In this document: one piece after another, positions 18,409 through 28,066 of the stretch
How positions within the stretch are numbered: the first letter of the stretch is position 1
Layout of the letters: each line of letters begins with the position of its first letter
Source: Candidatus Doudnabacteria bacterium
GTDB lineage: Bacteria > Patescibacteriota > Doudnabacteria > UBA920
Assembly (NCBI GenBank): GCA_016218585.1
Contig: JACRDK010000031.1
Span: 1,764 to 65,763, forward strand
DNA length: 64,000 nt
Direction: 5' to 3'
Notes under the pieces: generated by a model
Seen by the model: the letters and a program-made list of their open reading frames with translations, nothing else
Told to the model about the DNA's origin: nothing
Databases searched by the model: none
Made by a program: the position numbers and the translations under genes

Positions 18409-19908
18409 TTAATTATTCGTAATTAATTGTAATTGTCCTTTTAAAATTTGTTTCTTCAAGTCTGGGCTAATTAAAGAATTATTTGCCATTTCTGTCAATA
18501 CTATATCACTTTGCGCCCCGACTAGCAATTTAAGCTCGCCCTTGTCATTTGCTATAGGGAATAAAACTACCCTTAAACTATCATCTTTATAAGCCAATCC
18601 AACCGCCATGCTCTTTTGTCCTAACTCCGATAATTTATCGTTCAATAAATCCCCAGCCGCATAAATTACTAGTTTACTTTTATAAAAAATAACCCTGTTT
18701 TTTGATGCGCTTTGGCAAACCGCTAAATCTGCACCGCGGTCTATAGCTTGGATTGCAAATTTTTCTGAACCAGCGCAATTAAGAATTGCGACTTTTAACG
18801 GTCCCAGCGGTTGAATTAGTTGGTCATCGGCAATAAAAGTTATGTCTTCCTGAGGTTGAATACTACCATCAGTTTTTGTCTGAAATGCAAAAGTATTATC
18901 CTGACCATAAAATAATCTTTGCAAATACTTTAGCATTCCCAACTGAATTTTTTTATTTAATGTGCCCGACGGCACAACCCTGCCTAAACTCAAAAGGGTG
19001 TTCCAACCTTGTATTTTTGGCTCACCATTAGTGAAATAACCAGTAATATAGCTTGTTGTCTCCAAAAAATCTGCTTTTGTTAGTTTCGACGAATTAGACT
19101 GCTCCAAAATATTAAACTGCTGTGCCCGATAATTTTTTAATAACTCCAGAAAAAATGCCAGGCCGGGCCTCGAATCAATATCCAACTTATACAAACTGTT
19201 AAAGTTAAAACTTTCTATATCTGATAAATTTTCTAGATCATGGAAGTCAGCCGCTCGCGACGATAAATAATGAGAAAAATCAAAGCTGCCAACCAGCAAA
19301 ACATTTTCAGGTAAAATTTTAAAATATTTATCCGCCGCTTCCAACGACTGCGCTAAAGATAATTTATCGTTAAAAATAACCGGGACAATTTTAGCGTTGG
19401 GTAAAGATTTCTTTATAAAGGGGACAATTCCGGAAACCCCATGTTCCTGCTCAAAAGGCATTTCCTCCACACTAGCTAAGTTATTTTTTTCCAGTTCATC
19501 AATTAATTTTGTATTCGCCGGTGAAATCCCGAATGGCGTTTGCCATGAATATTTTGAGGTGATTATTGGAGCTAAGCCTGAAGAAAAATGATTTGGACTA
19601 ATGAGCAAAACTGTTACCGGAGAGTCTGTGGCAACAACCTCAAAACTCTCAGCAATAAAATGCCCTGCCAAAAGATGATGGTTAACTAAAATCGCTTTTG
19701 CATTTGGCTCATAAACCTCTGACTTGGCGGAACTATAAGCCTGATTAAAAAACTCCGGCTGGCTAAAATAAGAATAATGCATACCTGCCAGCTTATCATC
19801 TCTGGAATTACTGTTTAAATTTGGCGAGCTAATATAATATCTAAACAAAAAAATACCCAGGCATCCGACGACAAGCAATCCCAGGATAATAACAAATATT
19901 TTTTTCAT
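18409..19908 (-). CDS. MEMO1-family (AmmeMemoRadiSam system protein B-like) domain protein with N-terminal TM and degenerate CapA-like C-terminal region
   Basis: MEMO-like motifs LLAGHFIAESF, ISPNHFSSG, EQEHGVSGIVPFIKK and FDFSHY. C-terminal GADLAVCQSASKNRVIFYKSKLVIYAAGDLL resembles CapA/metallophosphatase but lacks the His residues. Confidence 0.55.
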   Translation of the reverse strand: MKKIFVIILGLLVVGCLGIFLFRYYISSPNLNSNSRDDKLAGMHYSYFSQPEFFNQAYSSAKSEVYEPNAKAILVNHHLLAGHFIAESFEVVATDSPVTVLLISPNHFSSGLAPIITSKYSWQTPFGISPANTKLIDELEKNNLASVEEMPFEQEHGVSGIVPFIKKSLPNAKIVPVIFNDKLSLAQSLEAADKYFKILPENVLLVGSFDFSHYLSSRAADFHDLENLSDIESFNFNSLYKLDIDSRPGLAFFLELLKNYRAQQFNILEQSNSSKLTKADFLETTSYITGYFTNGEPKIQGWNTLLSLGRVVPSGTLNKKIQLGMLKYLQRLFYGQDNTFAFQTKTDGSIQPQEDITFIADDQLIQPLGPLKVAILNCAGSEKFAIQAIDRGADLAVCQSASKNRVIFYKSKLVIYAAGDLLNDKLSELGQKSMAVGLAYKDDSLRVVLFPIANDKGELKLLVGAQSDIVLTEMANNSLISPDLKKQILKGQLQLITNN

Positions 19909-19911
19909 AAA

Positions 19912-20550
19912 TTATATTTCCAAAATTCCGTTTTCCAGCAAAGGCTTAAAGTCAATTCCGTTTTCCTTTAAATATTTTTCCGCCGGGGTATGGACCAGCG
20001 CCGGATTTTTTAAAATTCCATCGTGAACCGGAAAAGCAACTTTGGGACGAATTTTTTTGGCGTATTCAATAGCTTGGGAAATTTTCATCCACGGGCCGAC
20101 TACCGGCAAAGCCAAAATTTCCACTTCGCGGTTCGGCGCATAAAATGCGTCTCCCGGATAAAACAAACGCGGCCCAATAAAATAAGAAGTATTTTCCACC
20201 TGGCCATAATCCTGGTAAATTTCCTCGTGCTTGCTGCCAAAACCCTCCAGCTTTAATTCGCCCATCATGGCAATTTCGCCATCTTCGACGCGCATAAAGT
20301 TAATGCCTTCTTTTTGTAATAACGCGCCTACGGACTTGTTGGTATAAATTTTTACCTGCGGATTTAACTTTAAAATTTCCTTTAATGATTCCAGATGGAA
20401 ATGGTCTGCGTGTTCATGGGTAATAATTATGGCATTCAAGTTTTGGACCACGCTATGTGCGGCCACGGTAAAAATACCGGGATCGGTAAGAAGCCTTAAA
20501 CCCGCCTCTTCAATTAACAAACAGCAATGTCCAAATTTGGTTATTTTCAT
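19912..20550 (-). CDS. MBL-fold metallo-hydrolase
   Basis: Metallo-beta-lactamase motif IIITHEHADHFH. Confidence 0.85.
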   Translation of the reverse strand: MKITKFGHCCLLIEEAGLRLLTDPGIFTVAAHSVVQNLNAIIITHEHADHFHLESLKEILKLNPQVKIYTNKSVGALLQKEGINFMRVEDGEIAMMGELKLEGFGSKHEEIYQDYGQVENTSYFIGPRLFYPGDAFYAPNREVEILALPVVGPWMKISQAIEYAKKIRPKVAFPVHDGILKNPALVHTPAEKYLKENGIDFKPLLENGILEI

Positions 20551-20557
20551 AATTTTA

Positions 20558-20959
20558 CTACTTACCCAACAATCCTTTCACTCTTTTAAAAAGCCCGCCC
20601 TTTCCATGAACATTTTCTAGCCTCGCCTTTTCAGTTTCCAAGCCTTGCTGCATGTTCTTTAATTTCTCAAAAAGCTGACCCATATCGGCAATCGCCGTCT
20701 CGCTCCTCGCCGGCTCCTTCTCTAATCTCCTTCTCGCCCATTCCGATTCTACAAAAGTTACCAGGTCGGCCAATAATTTTACATCTTTTCTGCTATTTGG
20801 ATTAATAACGGTTTCGCCGGATGCAACTTTCCTGGCTGCAATCAAATTTTGTGCAATTACTCGTTCCGCCTCTAACATTTTAGGAGTCTGGCTCCTTAAA
20901 CTCTCAACGCCCTCATCATTTTCATAAAGCGCGTAAGGGTCGTATCCTTTTTCTCCAAA
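20558..20959 (-). CDS. Hypothetical coiled-coil protein
   Basis: ORF with start set at MFGEKGYDP to avoid overlap with acyP. Charged coiled-coil-like sequence, no motif. Confidence 0.4.
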   Translation of the reverse strand, partial: FGEKGYDPYALYENDEGVESLRSQTPKMLEAERVIAQNLIAARKVASGETVINPNSRKDVKLLADLVTFVESEWARRRLEKEPARSETAIADMGQLFEKLKNMQQGLETEKARLENVHGKGGLFKRVKGLLGK

Positions 20960-20972
20960 CATATATTTAAAA

Positions 20973-21251
20973 TTAATTTTCTTTTGTACTTTCCTCCGGG
21001 GAAGCATTTTCCGCTTCCACGGTTTTATATTCCATATTATTCACCTTAGCGCCTTGCGGTCCTTTTTGCGCCCAACGCAGCAACTCTTTTAGTTTGTCCA
21101 CTTCTCCGGTCGCGGTAATTTCCACTCCGCCATCTTTGCTGTTTTCCGCTTTGCCCGTAAGCCCCAGTTCCACGAATTTTTCGTAAGCGCTCCAGCGAAA
21201 CCCAATCCCCTGAACCTTGCCCGTAACTTTTATATAAACTGTCTTTTCCAT
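20973..21251 (-). CDS. acyP: Acylphosphatase
   Basis: Signature VTGKVQGIGFRWSA and overall ~90-aa acylphosphatase layout. Confidence 0.85.
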   Translation of the reverse strand: MEKTVYIKVTGKVQGIGFRWSAYEKFVELGLTGKAENSKDGGVEITATGEVDKLKELLRWAQKGPQGAKVNNMEYKTVEAENASPEESTKEN

Positions 21252-21269
21252 ATATCTTTTCCCGTAAAA

Positions 21270-21746
21270 TTAATTGCTTAAATAATCAACATTTTTAATA
21301 TTATACTTGCCAATGGTCGGTTTGTCATCTAAAAACTCAAACTCTGCCTCAAATTTTTCGCCTGCCAAGAATTTAGGAAACCATAATTTATCATCCGGCC
21401 ACATTTTTTCGTAAGGCGCTTCGGCAAACTTAAACCAAAATGGCTGCATTTCTTCCGTTTCCACCGGCTCTCCCGCAAAATCTTCACACCAATAAATATG
21501 TGAAATAGTTTTTTTTCCTGAATTAATAAAATTAAAAGTTAACACCGCCCGCTTGCTCACATTTTTTGCGACCACCCCTGCTTCTTCCTTAAGTTCCCGA
21601 ATCGCCGACTGCTCTATACTTTCACCGCTCTCAACTTTCCCGCCGTAGCCATTATGCCAGCCTGCCCCAAATCCGCGTTTCTTTAACGGCAGGCTAACTT
21701 GAGCCTGTTTTAATAAATAAATTTGGCTGCAAACTGTCGTGTCCAT
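21270..21746 (-). CDS. NUDIX hydrolase (MutT-like)
   Basis: Nudix box GGKVESGESIEQSAIRELKEEAGV. Confidence 0.85.
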   Translation of the reverse strand: MDTTVCSQIYLLKQAQVSLPLKKRGFGAGWHNGYGGKVESGESIEQSAIRELKEEAGVVAKNVSKRAVLTFNFINSGKKTISHIYWCEDFAGEPVETEEMQPFWFKFAEAPYEKMWPDDKLWFPKFLAGEKFEAEFEFLDDKPTIGKYNIKNVDYLSN

Positions 21747-21748
21747 AA

Positions 21749-21952
21749 TTACTTGCCGCCTAGTTTAGGCCTTAATTTAAAACCCAACGCCAACTGGCTG
21801 GTTTTTTGAGCATGGCTAATTACTATTTCTTCCTTATTTTTGCCCAAAACTATTTTTACTTCATCCCCCATTTTTAAACCCAATTCCTTTAGCAAACTTT
21901 GGGATAAAGTTACAGCCAAAGAGTGTCCGGTTTTAAAGATTTTTCTTTGCAT
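21749..21952 (-). CDS. AbrB/MazE/SpoVT-family small DNA-binding protein (antitoxin-like, no cognate toxin seen)
   Basis: SpoVT-AbrB-like swapped-hairpin sequence KTGHSLAVTLSQSLLKELGLKMGDEVKI. 67 aa. Confidence 0.5.
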   Translation of the reverse strand: MQRKIFKTGHSLAVTLSQSLLKELGLKMGDEVKIVLGKNKEEIVISHAQKTSQLALGFKLRPKLGGK

Positions 21953-22052
21953 AGAATTATTTCTCTCTATATATTATACCTCAAATACCAATTGACAGGC
22001 AACGGCTATTTATCGTATGATATTACGTAATCTGTTACCCAAGGAGGGCGAC

Positions 22053-22535
22053 ATGACTATCAGAGTTTGGCAAATGATTCCAATCCTCGCGCTCTGCGCC
22101 TGGCTGGGACGTGAGAACGAAAGCAACCAAGAAAAGGTAATCCTGGTAAGCTACTATGGCGACGCCACAGCCGCCAAGATGCAGCGCGAACTGGAGCTCC
22201 GGCTCAAACCCTTGGCCGCGGAAATTAAAAACAAATTCCGCAACCTCGGGCAGAGGCCGATCTCGGTTGAAATCTACCCATTACCGAAAACCAGCGGGGC
22301 CTACGTGGTCGAATACAGGTACAAAGGCCAACTTGCCGGCTATACGGTAGTGGAGATCGATCAAAACAACTTCGACCTCGCTCTGAAGCGAGCATCTCAA
22401 GATATCTCTTCTGGTATCAGGACCTTTATGCTCATACAAATACTTTGGGACCCCGACAGCCTGCGGGCTTGTCGGGGTTTCGCACGTCTGGGCACAAAAA
22501 AACCCGCACACTCCGGCGGGGGCAGTCTAAACTAA
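22053..22535 (+). CDS. Hypothetical protein, GC-rich ORFan (possible signal peptide)
   Basis: AGGAGG RBS sits 4 nt before the ATG at 22053. N-terminus is hydrophobic (MTIRVWQMIPILALCAWLG). Local GC is visibly higher than the flanking sequence. Confidence 0.45.
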   Translation: MTIRVWQMIPILALCAWLGRENESNQEKVILVSYYGDATAAKMQRELELRLKPLAAEIKNKFRNLGQRPISVEIYPLPKTSGAYVVEYRYKGQLAGYTVVEIDQNNFDLALKRASQDISSGIRTFMLIQILWDPDSLRACRGFARLGTKKPAHSGGGSLN

Positions 22536-22537
22536 AA

Positions 22538-22966
22538 TTATAAATAACTTTCTAACTTTTCAATCCAAGCTTCCGGAAGGCGGTTTTCGCGCGCGCCAAT
22601 AATCACTCTTTTTAAATAATCCTCTTTAACATAAGAGCCGCCAAACTGTTCAGGCTTTTCCAAATAAACCCATGTAATATATTTGTTGCCGCTGGCCCCG
22701 ACTTTGGAAACCTCTACTTCAATGCGGTTAAATACATTTGGATAGCCTTCAAAATCGTCTAAAATAGACAAGCGCTCTTCGTCTAATTCATACAACACGC
22801 CATAGACCTTATCCCCCGCAGACGGACGGATGTTGGCATACCCTCTCATATCCGGACCAAATTCATACCCTTCCAAAATGGCCGCGCCAAGCACGCGAAA
22901 ATGCCAGCCGCAAAGGCGGCGCATATGCTCTAAATTCATATTGGAACCGTATGCAAAATAGTACAT
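22538..22966 (-). CDS. Gamma-glutamylcyclotransferase (AIG2/GGCT-like)
   Basis: N-terminal YFAYGSNM motif. ~140-aa GGCT fold length. Confidence 0.85.
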   Translation of the reverse strand: MYYFAYGSNMNLEHMRRLCGWHFRVLGAAILEGYEFGPDMRGYANIRPSAGDKVYGVLYELDEERLSILDDFEGYPNVFNRIEVEVSKVGASGNKYITWVYLEKPEQFGGSYVKEDYLKRVIIGARENRLPEAWIEKLESYL

Positions 22967-23020
22967 GATATTTAATTGTATTAAAAAACCGCCCGGCGCG
23001 CAAGAGCCGCGGGTAAAAAT

Positions 23021-24661
23021 TTATGACTTTTTTATGTGCGCCATGGCATATTCCAAACTGGCGCCGACTTTTTTGCCCGGATTAAAAATATTTTGCGGAT
23101 CAAAAATTTCTTTTACTTCCTTAAATAAGGCGGTTATTTCCGAACCATACATTTTTTCCAAATATGGGCTGCGAATTAAGCCGTCGTTGTGCTCGGCGGT
23201 TATACTCCCTTTATATTTTAAAACTAAATCATAAACCTTATCCGCAAGTTTCGGAATTATCATCCGCTGGTCGGCGCGGCTTAAATCCATAAGCGGGATT
23301 ATATGAAAATTAGCATCACCCATATGTCCGGCTATTGTGTAAATAAGCGAAGGATATTTAGCCAAAATAGCATTTAATTCCGGCAAAAACTGCGGCAATT
23401 GCGCCGGATGCACCACAATGTCGTCTATAAAAGGCGCGGTTGAAAGGCCTTTGCTGTGCTGCCGCAACAAATTAAAACTTTCCCGGCGAATAATCCAATA
23501 TTTTTCCGCTTCCTGCGGGCTCTGTGTAATATGGGTTTTTAAGCGGAATTTGCTTTGAATTTCCTTTTCCGCCATAAATAATTTTTGATAAATTTCCGTT
23601 TCTGTCTCCCCGGTAAATTCAGCAATTAAAATTAATTTTGGCACGCCGCCGGTTAAAGTCATCCATAACTCCGGCAAAAATTTTAAACCCAAGGAAATAA
23701 GGCCGCCTTTCATTCGCTTTATCATATCCGGCAAAAAACGCATAGCCAATTTAAAAGTATGGTCGTCAAAACTCTCAAAGCTTTCCGGCTTGTAGGCGGC
23801 AATGCAGTCTATTATCTCCCCCAATTTTTGCATATCTTTCAAAAAAATAACCAGCAACTCGCTTTTTGGCTTCGGCTTAACCAAGCGAAACTTAATTTTG
23901 GTAACAAGCCCCAAAGTTCCCTGCGAGCCGGTAATTAACTTAGCAAGATTAAAACGGCTTTTGTTCCAAATTTCCCATAACAAATATCCGGCCGAATTTT
24001 TGCTGGTTGTCGGCTTGGCTTTTTGAATTAAATCGTAATGGTCTTTTACCAAGCGGAAAGTTTTTCGGTAAATTTCTCCTTCAAACCCGGGCAATTTAAG
24101 CTTGCTTTCCAGCTCCCTGTCGTCCAAGTCCTTAAAAACATACTCATTACCGTCGGACAAAATAACATTAAGCTCTTCCACATAATCCTTGGTCTGCCCA
24201 TATGCCAAAGATTTTTCTCCGGCGGAATTATTCCCCACCATTCCGCCTAAAGTGTTTAAACTTTTAGACGCGGTATAACAGGGCAAAATTAGCCCCCGTT
24301 CCAGTGACATTTTTTCAAAGTCGCGGTAATAAACTCCGGGCTCGGCCACGGAAAAATTTTTGCCGAACATCTCTACGCGGTTAAAGTGCGCCGGAAAGTC
24401 GGCTAAAATGGAATTATTAATAGCTCCGCCGGACATATCGGTTCCGGCAGAACGCGCTGTTATAGATAATCCGGGATTAGCTGCCTTATTTTGGCTAACC
24501 CATTTCACCAAGGCTTTTACATCCGCCACGTCTTTTGGCTTAACCACGCAGGCCGGCATAATTTCAAAAATACTGGCATCGCGGCTGTAGCTATGCAGCG
24601 TAGCCTCGTCAGTTAAAACTTCGCCTTTAAATTGTTTTTTTATTTCATTAAAATCTACCAT
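23021..24661 (-). CDS. FAD-binding oxidoreductase (FAD-linked oxidase, GlcD/D-lactate dehydrogenase-like)
   Basis: FAD_binding_4-type N-terminal region (VVKPKDVADVKALVKWVSQNK…ITARSAGTDMSGGAI). 546 aa with C-terminal FAD-oxidase_C-like half. Confidence 0.8.
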   Translation of the reverse strand: MVDFNEIKKQFKGEVLTDEATLHSYSRDASIFEIMPACVVKPKDVADVKALVKWVSQNKAANPGLSITARSAGTDMSGGAINNSILADFPAHFNRVEMFGKNFSVAEPGVYYRDFEKMSLERGLILPCYTASKSLNTLGGMVGNNSAGEKSLAYGQTKDYVEELNVILSDGNEYVFKDLDDRELESKLKLPGFEGEIYRKTFRLVKDHYDLIQKAKPTTSKNSAGYLLWEIWNKSRFNLAKLITGSQGTLGLVTKIKFRLVKPKPKSELLVIFLKDMQKLGEIIDCIAAYKPESFESFDDHTFKLAMRFLPDMIKRMKGGLISLGLKFLPELWMTLTGGVPKLILIAEFTGETETEIYQKLFMAEKEIQSKFRLKTHITQSPQEAEKYWIIRRESFNLLRQHSKGLSTAPFIDDIVVHPAQLPQFLPELNAILAKYPSLIYTIAGHMGDANFHIIPLMDLSRADQRMIIPKLADKVYDLVLKYKGSITAEHNDGLIRSPYLEKMYGSEITALFKEVKEIFDPQNIFNPGKKVGASLEYAMAHIKKS

Positions 24662-24807
24662 GAATGAATTATAGCAAACTTTTTTCTTTTTGTTTTTATG
24701 CCTCCCCTCCTGGCAAGAGGGGTCGAAACTATTTGTTTATGATAACCCTGATAAATCAGTAAAAATTTGGCGTCATCCTGACCCCGAGTCAGACGAGGGG
24801 AAGGATC

Positions 24808-25092
24808 TCAAAAGCTTAAAGACAAGTCTCTCCAATCGGGATTAAGACTATTAATTAAATTAATTTTTTTCTGCCTGACCCATCCTTTAATCTTTTTTTC
24901 TTCCGCTATTGCCTCTGGCGCTGTTCCAAGCTCTTTATAATAAACCAATTTCGTCACATTATATTTCGAAGTAAAACCTTTCACCAGCTTATTTTTATGC
25001 TGATAACTTCTATTAACTATATTGTTTGTCACCCCGGTGTATAACACAGTGTGACTTTTATTCGTCATAATATAAACAAAAAATGACTTCAT
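24808..25092 (-). CDS. GIY-YIG nuclease-domain protein (stand-alone URI domain)
   Basis: FFVYIMTNKSHTVLYTGVTNNIVNRSYQHK motif (GIY…YIG…R…H). 94 aa. Confidence 0.85.
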   Translation of the reverse strand: MKSFFVYIMTNKSHTVLYTGVTNNIVNRSYQHKNKLVKGFTSKYNVTKLVYYKELGTAPEAIAEEKKIKGWVRQKKINLINSLNPDWRDLSLSF

Positions 25093-25214
25093 GGTGTTAA
25101 AATAGATTCTTCAGGCCTAAAGGCCTTCAGAATGACGCCAAACAAAGATGTCTTTTCGGTGTTATTTGTAGCGTTCGCCTGCCTGCCGGTAGGCACGGAT
25201 TATAATGCTTCGTA

Positions 25215-25928
25215 TTATATCAGCCTAATATCCCTTAACTCATATATTACGTCTTTTCTTTCCGCGATTACCGTCCAGGCTTTCTTTTTTGCCATTTTTG
25301 CCAATTCTAAATTAGGGTTAAACGCAATCGGCATGCCAACCAGCTCAAGCATAACAATATCGCTTTCGGTATCCCCTACGGCCAAAGATTGTTTTAAATC
25401 CGCGGAAAATGCTTTTGCCAAATTTTTTACAATTTTAGCCTTATTTAAAGCTGAGTCTAAATTTTTAACCTTGCCGGTAAAAATTCCGTTTAAAACTTCC
25501 AGCTCAGTGCCAAAAAATACATCAAACCCAATAGTTTGCGCATACTCTTTTACTATATATGACGGTGAGCCGGAAACCGCGGCTAAAATATAGCCTTGTT
25601 TTTTGAGCCTTTTAATTAAATCTCTGGTATACCTATAAGTGCGGTCCTTTTGAAAAGCAATTACCCGCTTGGCTACATTGTCCACCGCCTTAAACTTTTT
25701 CCCGGCAATATATTTAACATAAATTTTTACAACTTTATTTATGTAAGCCTCGTAAGTGCCTCTGCGGTCTAGCCAAGCCAAATACTCTTTGGCAATTTGC
25801 TGCCTGGCGGCCATTGGAAAAATACCCGCGTCCACCAGCGCGTGGCTTAACTCAATTACTAAAGAAGAGCGAAAAATGGTTCCGTCAATGTCAAAAAAAG
25901 CTATTTTCTTTTTTGTCTTATTTTTCAT
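25215..25928 (-). CDS. HAD-superfamily hydrolase (HAD-IB, phosphoserine-phosphatase-like)
   Basis: Motif I FFDIDGTIF and motif IV …VGDTESDIVMLE. Start set at MKNKTKKK. Confidence 0.8.
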   Translation of the reverse strand: MKNKTKKKIAFFDIDGTIFRSSLVIELSHALVDAGIFPMAARQQIAKEYLAWLDRRGTYEAYINKVVKIYVKYIAGKKFKAVDNVAKRVIAFQKDRTYRYTRDLIKRLKKQGYILAAVSGSPSYIVKEYAQTIGFDVFFGTELEVLNGIFTGKVKNLDSALNKAKIVKNLAKAFSADLKQSLAVGDTESDIVMLELVGMPIAFNPNLELAKMAKKKAWTVIAERKDVIYELRDIRLI

Positions 25929-26316
25929 AAATCCGCTCCATTTCTGCAATGTTAAATTTTTCTAAAATCGCTTCTGCTTGTTTTTTTATAAACCCAATAC
26001 CGCTTTTTCCCGAAAGCTCCCTGGCTTTTTCCATATCCGCCATTAGGCCTTTTACCCAGGCAACACAGTGTGAATAGTCGCCGCCATGCTTTACTAAAAA
26101 ATTTTGTAAAATAAGAGCTTTCCCGTACATATCATTAAGCACGGCTTTTTCCGGCCCGCTTAATTGCCTATTATTCAATCCATGGGTCCACAAGGCCTCT
26201 AAATGATCGCTAAACTCCCTAAAACCTGATGTGCTGAAACCATTACCAAAAACCATTGCTTCCGGCTCGTCCTTTATTTCCCGAGCAGGAAAATCTCTTT
26301 TATAATGTTCTGCCAT
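25918..26316 (-). CDS. Hypothetical protein (132 aa)
   Basis: ORF with host-like composition and no recognised motif. Overlaps the HAD gene start by ~10 nt. Confidence 0.45.
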   Translation of the reverse strand: MAEHYKRDFPAREIKDEPEAMVFGNGFSTSGFREFSDHLEALWTHGLNNRQLSGPEKAVLNDMYGKALILQNFLVKHGGDYSHCVAWVKGLMADMEKARELSGKSGIGFIKKQAEAILEKFNIAEMERIYEK

Positions 26317-26426
26317 AAAATTGGTACTTATAAATAATGGTAGTTTGCCGATTTATCGGCCCATAAATGGTCGAACTACACATCAGTAAACATATTTATT
26401 ATAAACCCCTTTGAGCAAAAGAAAAA

Positions 26427-26456
26427 GGCGCCGACAACCGGGTCGACGCCTTTTTT
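26427..26456. terminator. Bidirectional rho-independent terminator hairpin (GGCGCCGAC-AACCGG-GTCGACGCC + T6, preceded by A5)
   Basis: 9-bp GC-rich stem with one mismatch, flanked by A-run and T-run. Lies downstream of the minus-strand ORF that ends at 26503. Confidence 0.65.
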
Positions 26457-26502
26457 GATGTTATCCTGCTGCCGACTTCGAATCTCGGCAAGAGGATCGT
26501 AG

Positions 26503-26895
26503 CTAACGGAACAGGGTTCGGCTGGGCGGTCCCAGAGCGCGGGCTCCTGCAGCCATGCTTTGGTTGCTAGCAGCAATAGCCGCAGCCGCAGCGCGATGTT
26601 CGCCTGGACTGGGGACCGCCCTTTCGGCCGTTCCTGGCCAGGCGTGAGCCTGATGAATTGTCTGTACAGGATCGACCGCTGAGAAACGGTACATCGTGAC
26701 AACTGCGATGGCGATCATTGCAGCCCCAGCTACGATCGCCAGAAAGCGATCAATGTGGGTACCATAATGCCAGGCAATCCAAGCAAACCGGCCGCCAACA
26801 ATGGTGACCAGCGCGAGCCCGAAGGTGTACGATTGGTTTCTGATCTCTTTGTTTTCCCAGAAACGAAATATGACACTCTTCAAATTCAACTGCAT
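26503..26895 (-). CDS. Hypothetical small membrane protein encoded in a high-GC islet
   Basis: Two predicted TM helices (TFGLALVTIVGGRFAWIAW; FLAIVAGAAMIAIAVVTMY) and an Ala-rich C-terminus. Own terminator at 26427-26456. GC is much higher than the host average. Overlapping ORF 26376-26702 is considered spurious. Confidence 0.35.
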   Translation of the reverse strand: MQLNLKSVIFRFWENKEIRNQSYTFGLALVTIVGGRFAWIAWHYGTHIDRFLAIVAGAAMIAIAVVTMYRFSAVDPVQTIHQAHAWPGTAERAVPSPGEHRAAAAAIAASNQSMAAGARALGPPSRTLFR

Positions 26896-27069
26896 CTTTC
26901 CACTCCTTCTGACTTGTTCTTACCCCTTAAACTTTCAGGGTAAAGTATATAAAAGATACTATAACGGAAAAGTCTTGTCAATACAAAAATCCTTAGTTTC
27001 AATATTGAAACTAAGGATTTTATCTATATTCTAAATGCAATATGCTAAATTCTAAATGCTCCCCGTCCC

Positions 27070-27792
27070 CTACTTCATTGAAAACCCGGCTTTAACTGTT
27101 ACCATTACTTCTTTGTCTATTTTAGAAGTGTCATATTGTCCATAATCGGAAACATCCACGGAATTTGGCGCCAAGACCTGGACTACGCCCATAGATGCGG
27201 AGCGCAAAGAGCCAACGCTTTGTCCGCTGCTTTTGGCAATATTGTCCGCGCGCACTTGCGCGTCTTTTACGGCATCGGAAAGCAGTTCAACTCTTAAGTC
27301 CGGCAACTTGCTGTAATAATATTCCACTCCCTGGGTGGCAAACACAACTCCCTGATTAATGAGCTGATCGGTTTTCTTAGAAAGTTCCGTAACTTTTTCT
27401 ACATCAGCAGACTGCACTTCCACTGTTTGCCTTAAAATATATTGCTTGTCCGCGTTAGGATAATTTTGCCTGTCGTAAAGCCCCGGTTGCTCCATATACA
27501 CGGGGGAAATATTTATATCGCTGTCTTTTAATCCCTGGCCAACTAAAAATTTCTTAACCAATTCTGTGTCTTGAGCCATTTGGCTGTATCCGCCTTTTAA
27601 ATTGCCGTCAAAAATGGTTCGGCTAAAGCCTGCCGTCCACTTTACCTGGTCAGAGGTTACTTTGCGCTTGGCTGAACCTGTTACAGACAAAATATTGTCC
27701 AAGCTTTTTGCTTTATAAAATGCGCCCGCGCCAATGGCAGATGCAATAATTATTCCTAAGGCCAAAATTGCCGCACCCTTTGAATTTTCCAT
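27070..27792 (-). CDS. SIMPL-domain protein (DUF541, BP26/OMP28-like periplasmic protein)
   Basis: N-terminal TM/signal, then SIMPL-type sequence (…LRQTVEVQSADVEKVTELSKKTDQL…GVVQVL…). 240 aa. Confidence 0.7.
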   Translation of the reverse strand: MENSKGAAILALGIIIASAIGAGAFYKAKSLDNILSVTGSAKRKVTSDQVKWTAGFSRTIFDGNLKGGYSQMAQDTELVKKFLVGQGLKDSDINISPVYMEQPGLYDRQNYPNADKQYILRQTVEVQSADVEKVTELSKKTDQLINQGVVFATQGVEYYYSKLPDLRVELLSDAVKDAQVRADNIAKSSGQSVGSLRSASMGVVQVLAPNSVDVSDYGQYDTSKIDKEVMVTVKAGFSMK

Positions 27793-28066
27793 ATTTTTAT
27801 TTAATTATTTATGTTTCTACCCTTAATTCTTAATACATGATTCTTAATTCTTAATTCATGCTACACAATAATACCTTAATTATAACAAAAAGTAACAATT
27901 CTCTCTATACATTATCCTTGTATCCTTATATCCTTATCTAACCATTTGACAACTTTTTCCCCCAGGAGTAGAATCTTTTTATGCAAATCTGTAGGAGGAT
28001 TTCTAGGCTTCATGCCTTTAAGTCAGCCTATGGCTTCTGTGTAGAAGACACACCACTGGAGTTCGA

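Noticed and set aside
24662-24807. tRNA gene in the GC-rich hairpin spacer
   Set aside because: No acceptable acceptor stem or T-loop (GTTCRANYC) could be built around the hairpins on either strand.
26376-26702. Alternative ORF 26376-26702 in the GC-rich islet
   Set aside because: It overlaps 26503-26895 in another frame and runs through the terminator hairpin, so it is less plausible than the membrane-protein frame. Neither frame is strongly supported.
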